DNA from: Alphaproteobacteria bacterium
GTDB lineage: Bacteria > Pseudomonadota > Alphaproteobacteria > Rs-D84 > SZUA-605
Assembly (NCBI GenBank): GCA_031549385.1
Contig: JAVBPW010000004.1
Span: 28,184-92,183, forward strand
DNA length: 64,000 nucleotides
Reading direction: 5' to 3'
This document shows, piece after piece, positions 38,513 to 49,998 of this stretch; positions within the stretch are counted from its first letter, which is position 1; each line of letters begins with the position of its first letter. The notes under the pieces were generated by a model. That model was not told the DNA's origin, searched no databases, and saw only the letters and a program-made list of their open reading frames with translations. The position numbers and the translations under genes were made by a program.

Positions 38513-40267
38513 TTATTTATATACATAATGTATAACAATTTTAGGTTTCTTATCAGAGAAATCTCTTAAAACCTTTCTAACGCCTGTACTAATAGCTTGA
38601 TTTAATCCTTCTGGGCTTCGCTGAGATGATTTATCTAGGTTTTTAAGTTCTGAAACTATACTAACTTCAATTTGTCGCTTCATCATACCAGTTTCTTCAG
38701 TTTCAAAAACTCCAACGGAGGATACTTGAGGTGTATCTTTCAAAAATCCTTTTTTATCTATACTGATAGTTGCAAAAACAACTCCATCATAAAAGGCTTT
38801 CTTTCTGTTTCTAAACACAGCATCAGAAGTACTTAAAACTCTATTTCCTTCAATAACTAAAGCACCGACTTCAATCTTTTCAATAATTTCAGGAGCTTTA
38901 TCTTTATAAAAAGCAACTACATCTCCATTATTAAGCATAAATGAAGTAGGAACTCCACAATCTCTTGCTAATTTCATATGTAAGAATTGAGATAATTTAT
39001 CTCCATGCATAGGAAGTAAAGCTTTTGGCTTACATAGTTTAAAGAATTCTAAAAACTCGCTATAACCAGCATGTCCATGTGCGTGTATCATAGGATTATC
39101 ATTAACAGTAAAAAGATTAGCATCTTTATCAATAATCTTTCCATATAGGTATAAAACATCTTTTTCATTACCTGGAATAATAGAAGATGAGAATATAACA
39201 GCATCGTCTTTATTTAAAGAAAGAGATTTAATGTTGTCGTTTAATAACTTATTCATAGCAGCCAAGGGTTCACCTTGACAACCTGTCATAATATAGCAAA
39301 CTTCATTATCTTTAAGTTTTGAAGCTTCTTCTTGAGTAATAAAGTTACATTTAGTCAAAAATCCAGCTTTTTTAGCAATTTCTACATTAGTATTAATAGA
39401 TCTTCCAATATAACAAACCTTACGGCCTAATTTTGTAGCATTATCATAAATACTTTGCATACGAGCAAGTGAAGAAGAGAATAGGGTAATAAATAATTTT
39501 CTTTTATATTGTCCCATAGCTTTATATAAATTCTCTTTTACAGTGTCTTCACCCCATGCTTCAGTTTTTCTATAAACTTCAGTAGAATCTCCAACAACGC
39601 ATAAGAAATTTTCATTATTCAAAGCTTTCAAAGAATCAAAATCTGTTCTAGGTTCAAGTAATGGTGCGGGTGAAAAACTCCAATCTCCGGTATGTAAAAC
39701 TGTACCAACTGGCGTTCTTATTGCAACCATGTAACTTTGCAAAGTTAAGTGTGTAGAATGTATAAATTTCAATTCAAAACTACCTACTTTTACTGTTTCA
39801 CCTTCAGGTTTTATAGTAACATATTTAGGCTTCAAATCACTAGACACACCAAGCTGATCTTCAATGCTAGATTGAATTTTAAGAATTCCAAGTGGTGACG
39901 CATAAATTGGGCAGTTGCTAAAATATTCTTTTACATAATGAGCAATAGCACCCAAGTGATCTTCATGCCAATGAGTAAGAACAAAGCCTACAATTTTCTT
40001 ATCTTTTAATATAGAAAGATCAGGAACAATACGATCAGTTGTTAAAGTATTGTCCATCAAAATTCCACAATCAACGATTAACCATTCATCTTTATAACAA
40101 TAAGCATAACAACTCATAGTCACACCTTGGAAACCTCCAAGTGGAATAAATTTAAAATCACTTGATGATTTTTTATTTAAATTATTTGTAACATTATCAA
40201 ATGTTAAATCGTCATTATTATAGTTAATTTTCTTATTTACTTTTTTATTACCTTTTTTATTTGGCAT
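38513..40267 (-). CDS. rnj: Ribonuclease J
   Basis: IPLGG, THWHEDHLGA, LHTGDW, TGCQGEP, IPGNE, HAHGHA, PMHGD. Confidence 0.93.
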   Translation of the reverse strand: MPNKKGNKKVNKKINYNNDDLTFDNVTNNLNKKSSSDFKFIPLGGFQGVTMSCYAYCYKDEWLIVDCGILMDNTLTTDRIVPDLSILKDKKIVGFVLTHWHEDHLGAIAHYVKEYFSNCPIYASPLGILKIQSSIEDQLGVSSDLKPKYVTIKPEGETVKVGSFELKFIHSTHLTLQSYMVAIRTPVGTVLHTGDWSFSPAPLLEPRTDFDSLKALNNENFLCVVGDSTEVYRKTEAWGEDTVKENLYKAMGQYKRKLFITLFSSSLARMQSIYDNATKLGRKVCYIGRSINTNVEIAKKAGFLTKCNFITQEEASKLKDNEVCYIMTGCQGEPLAAMNKLLNDNIKSLSLNKDDAVIFSSSIIPGNEKDVLYLYGKIIDKDANLFTVNDNPMIHAHGHAGYSEFLEFFKLCKPKALLPMHGDKLSQFLHMKLARDCGVPTSFMLNNGDVVAFYKDKAPEIIEKIEVGALVIEGNRVLSTSDAVFRNRKKAFYDGVVFATISIDKKGFLKDTPQVSSVGVFETEETGMMKRQIEVSIVSELKNLDKSSQRSPEGLNQAISTGVRKVLRDFSDKKPKIVIHYVYK

Positions 40268-42836
40268 TTAATTCCTTTATTATATTTTTTATATTTTCTT
40301 TAATTTTATCAGCATTATAATCGCTATTTAAACCACTTTGTGCAACGTCCTTTGTTCCACCACCAGAGGCAGTAATCTTCTTTAAAATATCAACTGAATC
40401 AATATTGATGTTATTAGCAATAATAGCTCCATTTTTCCCTTCAAGTGAAGTAATTAAAAATACAATTCCTTCAAATCTATTTAAGAACTGTTTAGCAATT
40501 GCTTTAGCTGAATTCATATCTGTTTTTAGTTCTTTAAAGAACAATTTAGTCTTATTAACTTCAACTAAATCATTAACATTAAATTCTTTAGCTAAGAGTG
40601 ATGTCTTTAATTCATCAATTTCCTTTTGAAGTTTCTTATTATTATCAACTAAACTCTTTGCTTTACTGTCAATTTCATTAGTTCCAATTTTAAAAGTAGA
40701 AGCAATGTTATCAATAATCTGCATCTGTTGTTGGTTATACTCAACAGCACGAGGTCCTGTATAGGCTTCAATTCTGCGTACTCCAGAAGCAATAGCTCTT
40801 TCAGATATAATCTTTACATATCCAATATCTCCAGTTCTTTGAGCATGAGTTCCACCGCAAAATTCCATAGAAATATCACCCATTCTAACTACTCTAACAA
40901 CGTCATCATATTTCTCACCAAACAAAGCTAAAGCGCCTTGTTGTATAGCTTCATCTTTATTTAAAAGCAGGGTACAAATATCTGTATTTGCAACAATATA
41001 TGAATTTATTAAAACTTCTATTTTATTCAATTCATCTTGAGTTAGAGCTTTTTGATGAGAGAAGTCAAAACGTAAAATATCATCACCAACTTGTGATCCG
41101 CGTTGTGAAGCAGAATTACCAATAACACTCTTTAAAGCTTTTTGAAATAAGTGAGCTCCAGAGTGTGCACGAAGGTTAGCTTTTCTAGCATCTTCATTAA
41201 CTACAGCTTCAACTTTATCTCCAACTTTAAATTGATTTTTCACTTTTATAAGACAAGCTATAATGTTTTTAATAGGTCTAATACTATCAATAACTTCATT
41301 ATTATTTATAAATCCAGTATCACCAATTTGTCCACCAGTCTCACCATAAAAAGGTGTTTTTTCAAGTACTACTAAAACTTCATCATTAACTAAACAACTA
41401 TCTGTTAATTCACCATTTTTAACAATAGCTACAACTTTAGAAACTTCTTTAAGTTTTTCATATCCAACGAATTCAGTCTTACCAAATTTTTCTTCAATTT
41501 CAAACCAAACTTTATCGCCTTTTGTAGCTCCAGAGAACTTAGAAGATTTTTTAGACCTTTCTTTTTGTTCATTCATATTGTCTTCAAATTCTTTCATATC
41601 AACAGTGATACCATCTTTTTTCAAAGCATCTTGTGTCATATCAATAGGGAACCCATAAGTATCATAAAGTTTAAATGCAGTTTCGCCACTAAGTTTATCA
41701 CCTTTCTTTAATTCAAAAGTTTCATCTTTTAATATTTTTAATCCAACAGATAATGTCTTTAAGAAAGTTTCTTCTTCTTTTAAAATAACGGCATTAATAG
41801 TTTCTTTTGCAAGTATAATTTCTTTATAAGTATCACCCATTTCTTCATAAATAATTTGAGTTAACTTATTTAAAATAGGATCTTTTACACCCAAAACATT
41901 AGCATAACGCATAGCTCTTCTCATAATTCTTCGAAGAACATAACCTCTACCTTCATTTGAAGGAAGAACTCCGTCGGCAATTAAGAAAACCATACAGCGT
42001 AGATGGTCAGCAATAACATTAAATGGTGCAATATTTTCAGAATTCATTTTTACTTTAATTTTATCAGATATAAAATTCTTAATATTCATAAAAGTATCAG
42101 TTTCATAGTTAGATAATTTACCTTGTAAAACGCTAGCCCATCTTTCTAATCCGCCACCTGTATCTATATTTTTAGAAGGCAAATCAATATATTTGCCACC
42201 ACCAAGAGATTCTTGTTGCATAAATACATTATTCCATATTTCAACAAATCGGTCACCGTCTTCATCTTTACTTCCAGGTTTTCCACCTTTTACACCTTCA
42301 CCATAATCATAGAATATTTCGCTACAAGGTCCACAAGGTCCAGTTTCTCCCATTTCCCAAAAGTTATCTTTGGTTGCAATTCTAATAATTCTGTCATCAC
42401 CCCATCCAGTAACTTTTTTCCAAATATCAAAAGCTTCATCATCAGTATGGTAAACAGTAGCAAGTAATCTTTTTTCGTCAAATTTCAATTCTTTAGTAAG
42501 TAATTCATAAGCATATAAAATAGCTTCCTCTTTAAAGTAATCCCCAAAAGAAAAATTACCGAGCATTTCAAAGAAAGTATGGTGACGAGCAGTATAGCCT
42601 ACATTGTCAAGATCATTATGTTTTCCGCCAGCTCTAACGCATTTTTGCACTGTAACAGCTCTTTTATAAGGAGCTTTTTCTTTTCCAGTAAAAATATCTT
42701 TAAATTGGTTCATACCAGCATTAGTGAAAAGCAAAGTGGGGTCATTTTGTGGCACCAAAGATGATGATGGTACATGGATATGACTTCTTTTTTCAAAAAA
42801 TTCTATATATTTTTTTCTTATATCATTTAATTTCAT
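40257..42836 (-). CDS. alaS: Alanine--tRNA ligase
   Basis: DPTLLFTNAGM, RHHTFFEMLGNFSFGDYFK, LYDTYGFP, editing HxxxH and EFCGGTH. Confidence 0.98.
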   Translation of the reverse strand: MKLNDIRKKYIEFFEKRSHIHVPSSSLVPQNDPTLLFTNAGMNQFKDIFTGKEKAPYKRAVTVQKCVRAGGKHNDLDNVGYTARHHTFFEMLGNFSFGDYFKEEAILYAYELLTKELKFDEKRLLATVYHTDDEAFDIWKKVTGWGDDRIIRIATKDNFWEMGETGPCGPCSEIFYDYGEGVKGGKPGSKDEDGDRFVEIWNNVFMQQESLGGGKYIDLPSKNIDTGGGLERWASVLQGKLSNYETDTFMNIKNFISDKIKVKMNSENIAPFNVIADHLRCMVFLIADGVLPSNEGRGYVLRRIMRRAMRYANVLGVKDPILNKLTQIIYEEMGDTYKEIILAKETINAVILKEEETFLKTLSVGLKILKDETFELKKGDKLSGETAFKLYDTYGFPIDMTQDALKKDGITVDMKEFEDNMNEQKERSKKSSKFSGATKGDKVWFEIEEKFGKTEFVGYEKLKEVSKVVAIVKNGELTDSCLVNDEVLVVLEKTPFYGETGGQIGDTGFINNNEVIDSIRPIKNIIACLIKVKNQFKVGDKVEAVVNEDARKANLRAHSGAHLFQKALKSVIGNSASQRGSQVGDDILRFDFSHQKALTQDELNKIEVLINSYIVANTDICTLLLNKDEAIQQGALALFGEKYDDVVRVVRMGDISMEFCGGTHAQRTGDIGYVKIISERAIASGVRRIEAYTGPRAVEYNQQQMQIIDNIASTFKIGTNEIDSKAKSLVDNNKKLQKEIDELKTSLLAKEFNVNDLVEVNKTKLFFKELKTDMNSAKAIAKQFLNRFEGIVFLITSLEGKNGAIIANNINIDSVDILKKITASGGGTKDVAQSGLNSDYNADKIKENIKNIIKELNAK

Positions 42837-42984
42837 TGTTTTATTTTCCTCGAATATTTTTCTTCAATTATAATTGTATAATTCACAAATACAATAATTT
42901 ATTGTTAATCAAAAAAAATCTTTTAATAAGCTTAAAAATATGATAAAATACCTATAAGAAGAGGAAAATACGAAAGGAGGAAAT

Positions 42985-45894
42985 ATGAAATTAAAAAATT
43001 TTATATTCATTATGGTTTCAATATTTGCAATAACATCAGCCCAAGCTCAATGGAGTAATGGGAATAATGCATATATGACTGGCAGTGGCTATACTTGCCA
43101 AGATTTGGCATCAGGTACTGTATGTGACACAAACAGAGTTGCTACAAATTATTCAAATCAAGTAATAAATACCATAGGTTATGAAGATAAATATGCAACT
43201 CTCAATATAAAACATGCTCTTTCAAATTACCCTATTCAAATTTTAGGAGAAAACTATCTCAATATCAATATAGATTCAACAGGATCTATAAAATATTTAA
43301 CAAATGGAACTTTTGGAATATATGTTGGAAATGGTTCAGTAGTGACAGTTTTAAACGGCGACTTAACAAATTCTGGAGAATTATCAAGATTAATGATAGC
43401 TAACAAGGCAACATTCAATGGTGATATTATCAACAATGGAAAGCTAGCGAACACAACAAATGCTGGTGGAAATGGGGTGTTAATATTGTCTAATGGAAGT
43501 ACTTTCAATGGAAACATTATAAACAATATTGGTGGTGAAATTTCCCAACAATATTCTCCAGCAGGAATTACGGGTGCAACATTCAATGGTAGTCTAATAA
43601 ATTATGGTACTATAAAAACAGCTTTTTTAACAGGATATATTGAAGAAATTGCTTTATCAATAAGAACAAGTACTCTTGGAGGAACTGATTATATAGTTAA
43701 AAATTTAGGTTCTTCAGCATTAATAACAGGAAAAGTGGCAGTACAATTAAAAACTCTAACATTATCTAAGGATCAAAAACTTGTATATAATGAAGGAACT
43801 ATCAAAGGAAATGAAGCATTAACTCTTGATGCAGTACAATATATAACATTTGAAGAAGATTCTGCAGCAAATCTTAATTTTATAGAAAATACAGGAAATC
43901 TAATAAGATATGATTTAACAACATTAAGTTATGGTTTAAATATAAAAGGTTCTACAATAGGTGCAGAAGGATATAAAAGAAACATATTAAACTCAGGATT
44001 AATAACTGGTTCTCAAGCTTTTAATATGTCAACAACAACGCTTTATGGAGATATTGTAAATACTGGAAACAATGGAAAAGGAATTCTTTCTATGGATGGA
44101 ACTTCTGGCTCAGCAATGGTAATTTCATCTTCTAACATATATGGAAATATTGTTAACAATGGTGATATATTAGCAAAATCTACAGCTATATCAATAACTG
44201 GTGCAACAGGAGCTCTTCATGGGAAAATAATAAATTCTGGTGAAATTTCTGGTGGAATGATGGGAATAAATATTCAAAGTGCATCTTTCTTAGGAAGTAT
44301 TGAAAATTCAGGTACAATATCTACTACGGCTACAACTGGAACCAACAGAAATGCAATAAGATTTTATCAAGCACAATTGTTTGGAACTATAAAAAATGAA
44401 TCTACAGGTATTATTACTAGTGAAAAAAGAGGTATTTCAATTGAATTAAATTCTGTTATAAATGAAAGTTTCAAAATCATAAATGAAGGAACAATAACAG
44501 GAAATGAATATTCAATCTATAATGCAATTGATTCTGCAATTAATTATCAAGGAAACGGAACTATTAATGGGGATTTATATTCAGAAGGTGGTTTTATATT
44601 CTCAGATATGAACAGAGGAGTAATTGAAAATGTTGTAAAAGGTGATGTGACATACCAAGGTACAAATACTCAATTAAATATAGAATACGCTGATGATGGA
44701 TCAGATATGATTGTTGCAAAAATCACTAATTTAGATAGTTTATCATTGTTAAATATCTATTTGAATATAGATACTTTATCTGCTCAACAATTAACAAATG
44801 GTCATTATCTAATAGCTTCATCTTTAAATGGAACTGTCTCATTTAATGGTATTTCTCTTATGGAAAATGGAATCCTTGTAAGTAATTTAGATTACTTGTT
44901 TTACTTAAATGAAGAAACTAATGAATTGTGGTTAAATTTAAGAGATATTCCAACTCCACCACCAGCAATAGATACAGATAAAAAAATACCTGGTGCAACA
45001 GCAATATCATCAATTAATTCTGTAAGACGATTGGGCAGAAATATCTCAAATAATCAAATGGTAAGAGTATTTCAAAACAATATAAAGAATAACTTGAAGC
45101 TTTCATTAGCTCAATCAAATCAACTTATGACAGATTTCTTTGAAGGTGGGTTGTATCAAAAAAGAAAGAATACATTTTGGATGGAATACTACACTGGATC
45201 TGAAAAATATGCATCTCAAGGTAATATAGCAAAATTTTCAAACGATTACCAAGGTGTTGTTATGGGATATGATTACCAAATTAAAAAGTTAACAGTGGGT
45301 GGGTCAATAGCTTACGATAAAGATACTGGTAAATCAGTTGATTACAAAGAATCTTCACATTCTTACAAAGGAAGTTTATATGCAAGTTTAGATATTAAAT
45401 CATGGTTTATTCTTGGAAATATAGGCTATGCAAGTGTAGAATCAGATAATGAAATTCAAGGTGATGGTGACGTTTCGTTCTTTCAATTAAGTGCTGGTAA
45501 AGTATTTGTAGGCAAACATTTTGTAGGAGATATCTATACAAAATACGACTCAGCAATTGGTAAATTTGAGGACAATACTACAACTTCAAACATATTATCT
45601 ATTGGTGGTGATTTAAAATATGTACTTTCAATGCCAGTTCTTGGAAAAATCGTTCCAACAGTATTTTATGAACTAGGATATGAATTATCAGATGGTATGG
45701 TAAGAACATATGACTTAAATCCATTCACAGCATCTAATGATAAATATGAACTTGGAAACTTAATTCACTCATATGGAGTAAGATTGCAATACATAGTAAA
45801 AAGTGGAAGTTCTGTTTATTTAGGATATGAAGGACAATCAAGAGAAGATTACTCGTCTCAAGAATTCAGATTTGGAGCTGCTTTAAAGTTCTAA
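42985..45894 (+). CDS. Autotransporter adhesin-like protein (beta-helix passenger + C-terminal barrel)
   Basis: Signal peptide, repeated I(I/E)N(N/S)G(T/E)I rungs, Pro-rich linker, barrel ending AALKF. Confidence 0.82.
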   Translation: MKLKNFIFIMVSIFAITSAQAQWSNGNNAYMTGSGYTCQDLASGTVCDTNRVATNYSNQVINTIGYEDKYATLNIKHALSNYPIQILGENYLNINIDSTGSIKYLTNGTFGIYVGNGSVVTVLNGDLTNSGELSRLMIANKATFNGDIINNGKLANTTNAGGNGVLILSNGSTFNGNIINNIGGEISQQYSPAGITGATFNGSLINYGTIKTAFLTGYIEEIALSIRTSTLGGTDYIVKNLGSSALITGKVAVQLKTLTLSKDQKLVYNEGTIKGNEALTLDAVQYITFEEDSAANLNFIENTGNLIRYDLTTLSYGLNIKGSTIGAEGYKRNILNSGLITGSQAFNMSTTTLYGDIVNTGNNGKGILSMDGTSGSAMVISSSNIYGNIVNNGDILAKSTAISITGATGALHGKIINSGEISGGMMGINIQSASFLGSIENSGTISTTATTGTNRNAIRFYQAQLFGTIKNESTGIITSEKRGISIELNSVINESFKIINEGTITGNEYSIYNAIDSAINYQGNGTINGDLYSEGGFIFSDMNRGVIENVVKGDVTYQGTNTQLNIEYADDGSDMIVAKITNLDSLSLLNIYLNIDTLSAQQLTNGHYLIASSLNGTVSFNGISLMENGILVSNLDYLFYLNEETNELWLNLRDIPTPPPAIDTDKKIPGATAISSINSVRRLGRNISNNQMVRVFQNNIKNNLKLSLAQSNQLMTDFFEGGLYQKRKNTFWMEYYTGSEKYASQGNIAKFSNDYQGVVMGYDYQIKKLTVGGSIAYDKDTGKSVDYKESSHSYKGSLYASLDIKSWFILGNIGYASVESDNEIQGDGDVSFFQLSAGKVFVGKHFVGDIYTKYDSAIGKFEDNTTTSNILSIGGDLKYVLSMPVLGKIVPTVFYELGYELSDGMVRTYDLNPFTASNDKYELGNLIHSYGVRLQYIVKSGSSVYLGYEGQSREDYSSQEFRFGAALKF

Positions 45895-45907
45895 AAGATA
45901 TAAAATT

Positions 45908-45930
45908 AAATCTCCAAAAGGGGATTTTTT
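45908..45930. terminator. Intrinsic terminator between convergent genes
   Basis: AAATCTCC-AAAA-GGGGATTT plus T-tract. Confidence 0.55.
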
Positions 45931-47293
45931 ATTTAGCATATTTATTTTCTTGTTTTTTAACCTTTATTCTAACAGGTGTTCCGTGTAAATCAAAAGTTTT
46001 AGTAATAGAATTAACTAAATACTTCAAATAATTATCAGGCAAATCAGAAGCTGATCCAACAAATAAAACAAATGAAGGTGGTCTTATTCCAATCTGAGTT
46101 ATATATTTAACTTTCATAGGCGATTTATTTTTTGAAAGAGGAGGTGATTTAACAGATAAAGCATCATCTAACCACTTATTCAAAGCAGATGTAGGAATTC
46201 TGTAATTCCATTCATCATAGGTCTTAATAATTTTATCTAACAGTTTATTAATTCCACCTCTTTTAATAGCAGATATAGTCAAAACTGTAATGCCCTTTAA
46301 TTGATTAAAAGATCTCATAAGAGTATCATTAGCTTCACTAATAATTCTTTTTTTATCATAAGCTTCAACTGAATCTTCTTTATTTAAAACGATAATAACA
46401 GGGCGTCCTTCTTCAACAGTCTTCTCAGCAAGCTTTAAGTCTTGAACTCCAAGCCCTTCATTTATATCGATTAAAAGAACAACTAAATTAACCTCACCAA
46501 CAGTTTCAAAGGTTTTGTATGTTGATAATTTATGTAATTCATCTTTAATCCTTGCTTGTTTTCTAACGCCAGCAGTATCAGTAATAATAAAATCTCTACC
46601 TCTAAGATGAACTTTATGTTCAATAGATTCTCTGGTTAAATTAGGCATATCTCCAGTTAACATAACAGATTTCCCAACTAAAGTATTAGTCAATGTAGAC
46701 TTTCCACTATTAGGTTTTCCAATAATAGCAAACCTAACAGGTCTATCTTCAGGATTAACATATTTTTCTTCCTTTATTTCTTCATCGTCATCTTCGACAA
46801 TTCCAAGAATTTCATTAAGTTTTTGGAATAAAAGGTCTAAATGTTGATTTTGAGCAGCAGAAATACAAACAGGATTACCAAGTCCAAGTCTTAAAAAATC
46901 AACCTGAGCTTCACGTCTGATAGCAACAGATTCACATTTATTAGCAATAAGCATAATAGGTTTCTTAGTTCTTCTAATAAGTTTAGCAAAATGTTCATCC
47001 ATAGGGTGAATACCGGTTCTGCCATCAACTAAGAACAATACAATATCAGCTTCGTCAATAGCTTCTAAAGTTTTTTTAGTCATATCTTTTGTTAATTCAA
47101 AGGACTTATCATTTTCAAGCCCAGCTGAATCTATTAAAATATAGTCTTTTCCATTAAATTTAATTTGTTTTTCTCGCAAATCTCTGGTTGTTCCAGCTCT
47201 TTCATGAACTAACGCATCACGAGATCTAGTCAACATATTGAACAATGTAGACTTTCCAACATTAGGTCTTCCAACAAGGATAATTTTTTTCAT
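45929..47293 (-). CDS. der: Ribosome biogenesis GTPase Der
   Basis: Two GTPase domains (GRPNVGKS/DSAG/NKCE and GKPNSGKS/DTAG/NKED) plus a KH-like tail. Confidence 0.95.
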   Translation of the reverse strand: MKKIILVGRPNVGKSTLFNMLTRSRDALVHERAGTTRDLREKQIKFNGKDYILIDSAGLENDKSFELTKDMTKKTLEAIDEADIVLFLVDGRTGIHPMDEHFAKLIRRTKKPIMLIANKCESVAIRREAQVDFLRLGLGNPVCISAAQNQHLDLLFQKLNEILGIVEDDDEEIKEEKYVNPEDRPVRFAIIGKPNSGKSTLTNTLVGKSVMLTGDMPNLTRESIEHKVHLRGRDFIITDTAGVRKQARIKDELHKLSTYKTFETVGEVNLVVLLIDINEGLGVQDLKLAEKTVEEGRPVIIVLNKEDSVEAYDKKRIISEANDTLMRSFNQLKGITVLTISAIKRGGINKLLDKIIKTYDEWNYRIPTSALNKWLDDALSVKSPPLSKNKSPMKVKYITQIGIRPPSFVLFVGSASDLPDNYLKYLVNSITKTFDLHGTPVRIKVKKQENKYAK

Positions 47294-47392
47294 GACTTTA
47301 ACTTTTTGCTTTTCAATTCTTTTTGTTTATTGTATAATATAACTATGTTTGTATAAAATTGCAACAAATTAAGTTTTCAAGGGGAGGACAAT

Positions 47393-48154
47393 ATGCAAGA
47401 TAAAAAAACTAATAAGTCAAAACTGACTAAAAAGAATGTAGCAAAAGTTGCTAAGAAAGAGTTTAAGGAAATAAAAACAGAAACAATTGCACAAGGTAAA
47501 GCAGTTATTTCAAAAGCTAAAGATATCAGATCAAAAGCAAAGACATACGATTGGAAAAATTGGAAGCAGGATTTAATCTTATTCTGTAAGAATTTCTGGA
47601 ATTCAATAGTAAATCCAAAGTTAGAAGTTTCTACAATTATAGAAGATGGTAACTACGATAAAGAAGTGGTAAAAACTGCATTGTATGGACTAGCAGGGGC
47701 GTTAATCTCACTATTTTTCATATTCTTAGGTGGAAATCTTCATGTAGAAAATTTACTAAAATTAGTATACTTACCAATTGCTGCAGTTGTATTCCTATTT
47801 GGATTTGCAGGTATTTTAAACATGTTTGCTTTCTATTGCAAAGGAACTATTAATTTTGAAATAGCACTAAAGAACACTGCTCAAAAGATGTATTTGTTTC
47901 CAGTTGTAACATTAATCAACGTGTTATCAGTGAATTCATTTATTTTAACTATAACATCATTAGTAGTGGATTTATTCATATTGTACTTAATTTACACATT
48001 TGTATTGTTTGGCTTCAAAGGCAAAAAGGGCTTAACACAAATGGTATTTTCAATATTTACAATATTAATTATAATATTCTATTTCTCAGACCATTTAGAC
48101 TCATGGTTAAGAATAAAGAATTTGGCAGTAATGGAAACTCCAGTATTGTTCTAA
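47393..48154 (+). CDS. Yip1-like membrane protein
   Basis: Basic N-terminus, xxNP motif, then about 5 TM helices. Confidence 0.55.
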   Translation: MQDKKTNKSKLTKKNVAKVAKKEFKEIKTETIAQGKAVISKAKDIRSKAKTYDWKNWKQDLILFCKNFWNSIVNPKLEVSTIIEDGNYDKEVVKTALYGLAGALISLFFIFLGGNLHVENLLKLVYLPIAAVVFLFGFAGILNMFAFYCKGTINFEIALKNTAQKMYLFPVVTLINVLSVNSFILTITSLVVDLFILYLIYTFVLFGFKGKKGLTQMVFSIFTILIIIFYFSDHLDSWLRIKNLAVMETPVLF

Positions 48155-48161
48155 AAAATAA

Positions 48162-48181
48162 AAGCCCCTTAACTGGGGCTT
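48162..48181 (+). terminator. Terminator-like hairpin
   Basis: AAGCCCC-TTAACT-GGGGCTT. Confidence 0.5.
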
Positions 48182-48224
48182 AAATTTTCTTGTAAAATTA
48201 CAAAAAAGTCTTATTATATTTTGC

Positions 48225-49934
48225 ATGGACAGAGCTTTCGATAATTTTTTAAATGATTTAAGACAAAGAATAACCCTTTATGATGTTATCTCTCAAAAAA
48301 CTAAATTGACTAAGAAGGGTAATCAGTTATGGGGTTGTTGTCCATTTCATAATGAAAAGACTCCATCTTTTGCAGTTTCAGAAGATAAAGGCTTCTATCA
48401 TTGTTTTGGTTGTGGAGCTCATGGTGATATAATTAAGTTCACTATGGAAGTTTATAATATGCCATTTATGGAAGCAGTTGAAAAACTAGCCTCTTCAGTA
48501 GGAATGACAATTCCAAAGACACAAAACAGAAATCCAAAAGAGATTTTAAAAAAGAATCAATCAAAAGATATAGTAAAAACAGCAAAAGATTTTTTCATAA
48601 AAAAGCTTGCAGATAATTTTGAGGCAATTGCATATTTAAAAGAAAACAGAAGATTAACAGACGAAACAATAACTCAGTTTGAAATTGGTTACGCACCAGA
48701 TACTTCAGAATTATACGACATGTTAAAAGGTTTAGGCTACAGTGATCAAGACCTTTGTGACGCTGGATTATATAAAAAATCAGACTATGGTGATGGCCGC
48801 TTATATTCATATTTTCGTAATCGAATAATATTTCCAATTAATAACAGAAAAGGTGAAACAATAGCCTTTTCTGGAAGAATAATAGGAGCAGGTGATCCAA
48901 AATATTTAAACTCTCCAGAATCAGATATTTTTGAAAAAAGATTTACTTTATTTGGTTTTGATAAAGCTCTCCAGCCATCTCGTGACAGCAAACAATTAAT
49001 AGTTGTTGAAGGTAATATAGACGTAGTTGCACTTCATCAAGCTGGTTTTAAAAACTCAGTTGCTCCTCTTGGTACAGCTTTAACGGAATACCAAGTTTCA
49101 TTCATGTGGCAGGTTGCAGATAGTCCATTAATTTGTTTTGACGGTGATGCTGCTGGATTAAAAGCTGCTATTCGTGCAGCTCACAGAATTTTACCATATT
49201 TAAAGACAAATAAATCATTAGAATTTTGTATTCTTCCAGATGGTCTTGACCCAGATAATATTCTAAGTCAAGAGCATGGTGAAGAAACTTTCAGAAATAT
49301 ATTAAAAAGCACTACTTCATTAATAGATATTTTATGGAAAGAAGCTACTTATGGGCAAACTTTTAAAACTCCAGAGCAAAAAGCAGGGTTAGAAAGAAAG
49401 CTTTTTGATTTAATAGAAGAAATTCAAGATGAAAACGTTAAGAAGTACTATACTCAAACTATAAAAAACTATTTATGGGAATTTTTTAAATATAAAGCTG
49501 AGTTCAAAAAAAGAGTTTTCAAAGATAAGTCATTTGAATTAGCAAATGAAAACATCAGAACTCTCCTTGCATACATGTCTTTATTTCCGGATATAAGAAA
49601 CAAATATCTCGATTACGTTGGAAAAATACTTCTAACTTCTGAAGTAGATTCAACATTAAGACAAATATATAATTCATTGGAAAACGATGAAGAATTATCT
49701 GCATTTCATAAAAACAAACTAAAAACTCCAATGGAAATTTTATTAAATAAAAAAAGTCCAGATTATGTGGTTATGGAAGAATTTGTAAAGCTATTGAACT
49801 ATAATTCTTTAGACTTTTTAGTCACAGAATTAAGAGAAGTTGAAGAACAATTAAAAACAAATCCAACTCCTGAAACTTTCAAAAGATTTACATCATTAAA
49901 AGAGGAAATAGATAAAATTAAATCTCAATTTTAA
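48225..49934 (+). CDS. dnaG: DNA primase
   Basis: CPFHNEKTPSF...CFGC zinc finger, KYLNSPE, VEGNID, FDGDAAG, DPD. Confidence 0.97.
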   Translation: MDRAFDNFLNDLRQRITLYDVISQKTKLTKKGNQLWGCCPFHNEKTPSFAVSEDKGFYHCFGCGAHGDIIKFTMEVYNMPFMEAVEKLASSVGMTIPKTQNRNPKEILKKNQSKDIVKTAKDFFIKKLADNFEAIAYLKENRRLTDETITQFEIGYAPDTSELYDMLKGLGYSDQDLCDAGLYKKSDYGDGRLYSYFRNRIIFPINNRKGETIAFSGRIIGAGDPKYLNSPESDIFEKRFTLFGFDKALQPSRDSKQLIVVEGNIDVVALHQAGFKNSVAPLGTALTEYQVSFMWQVADSPLICFDGDAAGLKAAIRAAHRILPYLKTNKSLEFCILPDGLDPDNILSQEHGEETFRNILKSTTSLIDILWKEATYGQTFKTPEQKAGLERKLFDLIEEIQDENVKKYYTQTIKNYLWEFFKYKAEFKKRVFKDKSFELANENIRTLLAYMSLFPDIRNKYLDYVGKILLTSEVDSTLRQIYNSLENDEELSAFHKNKLKTPMEILLNKKSPDYVVMEEFVKLLNYNSLDFLVTELREVEEQLKTNPTPETFKRFTSLKEEIDKIKSQF

Positions 49935-49998
49935 CAAATTATCCTTGCACATAATCCAAAAAAATGATACCATACAAAACGAAAGGAAATACGAGAAA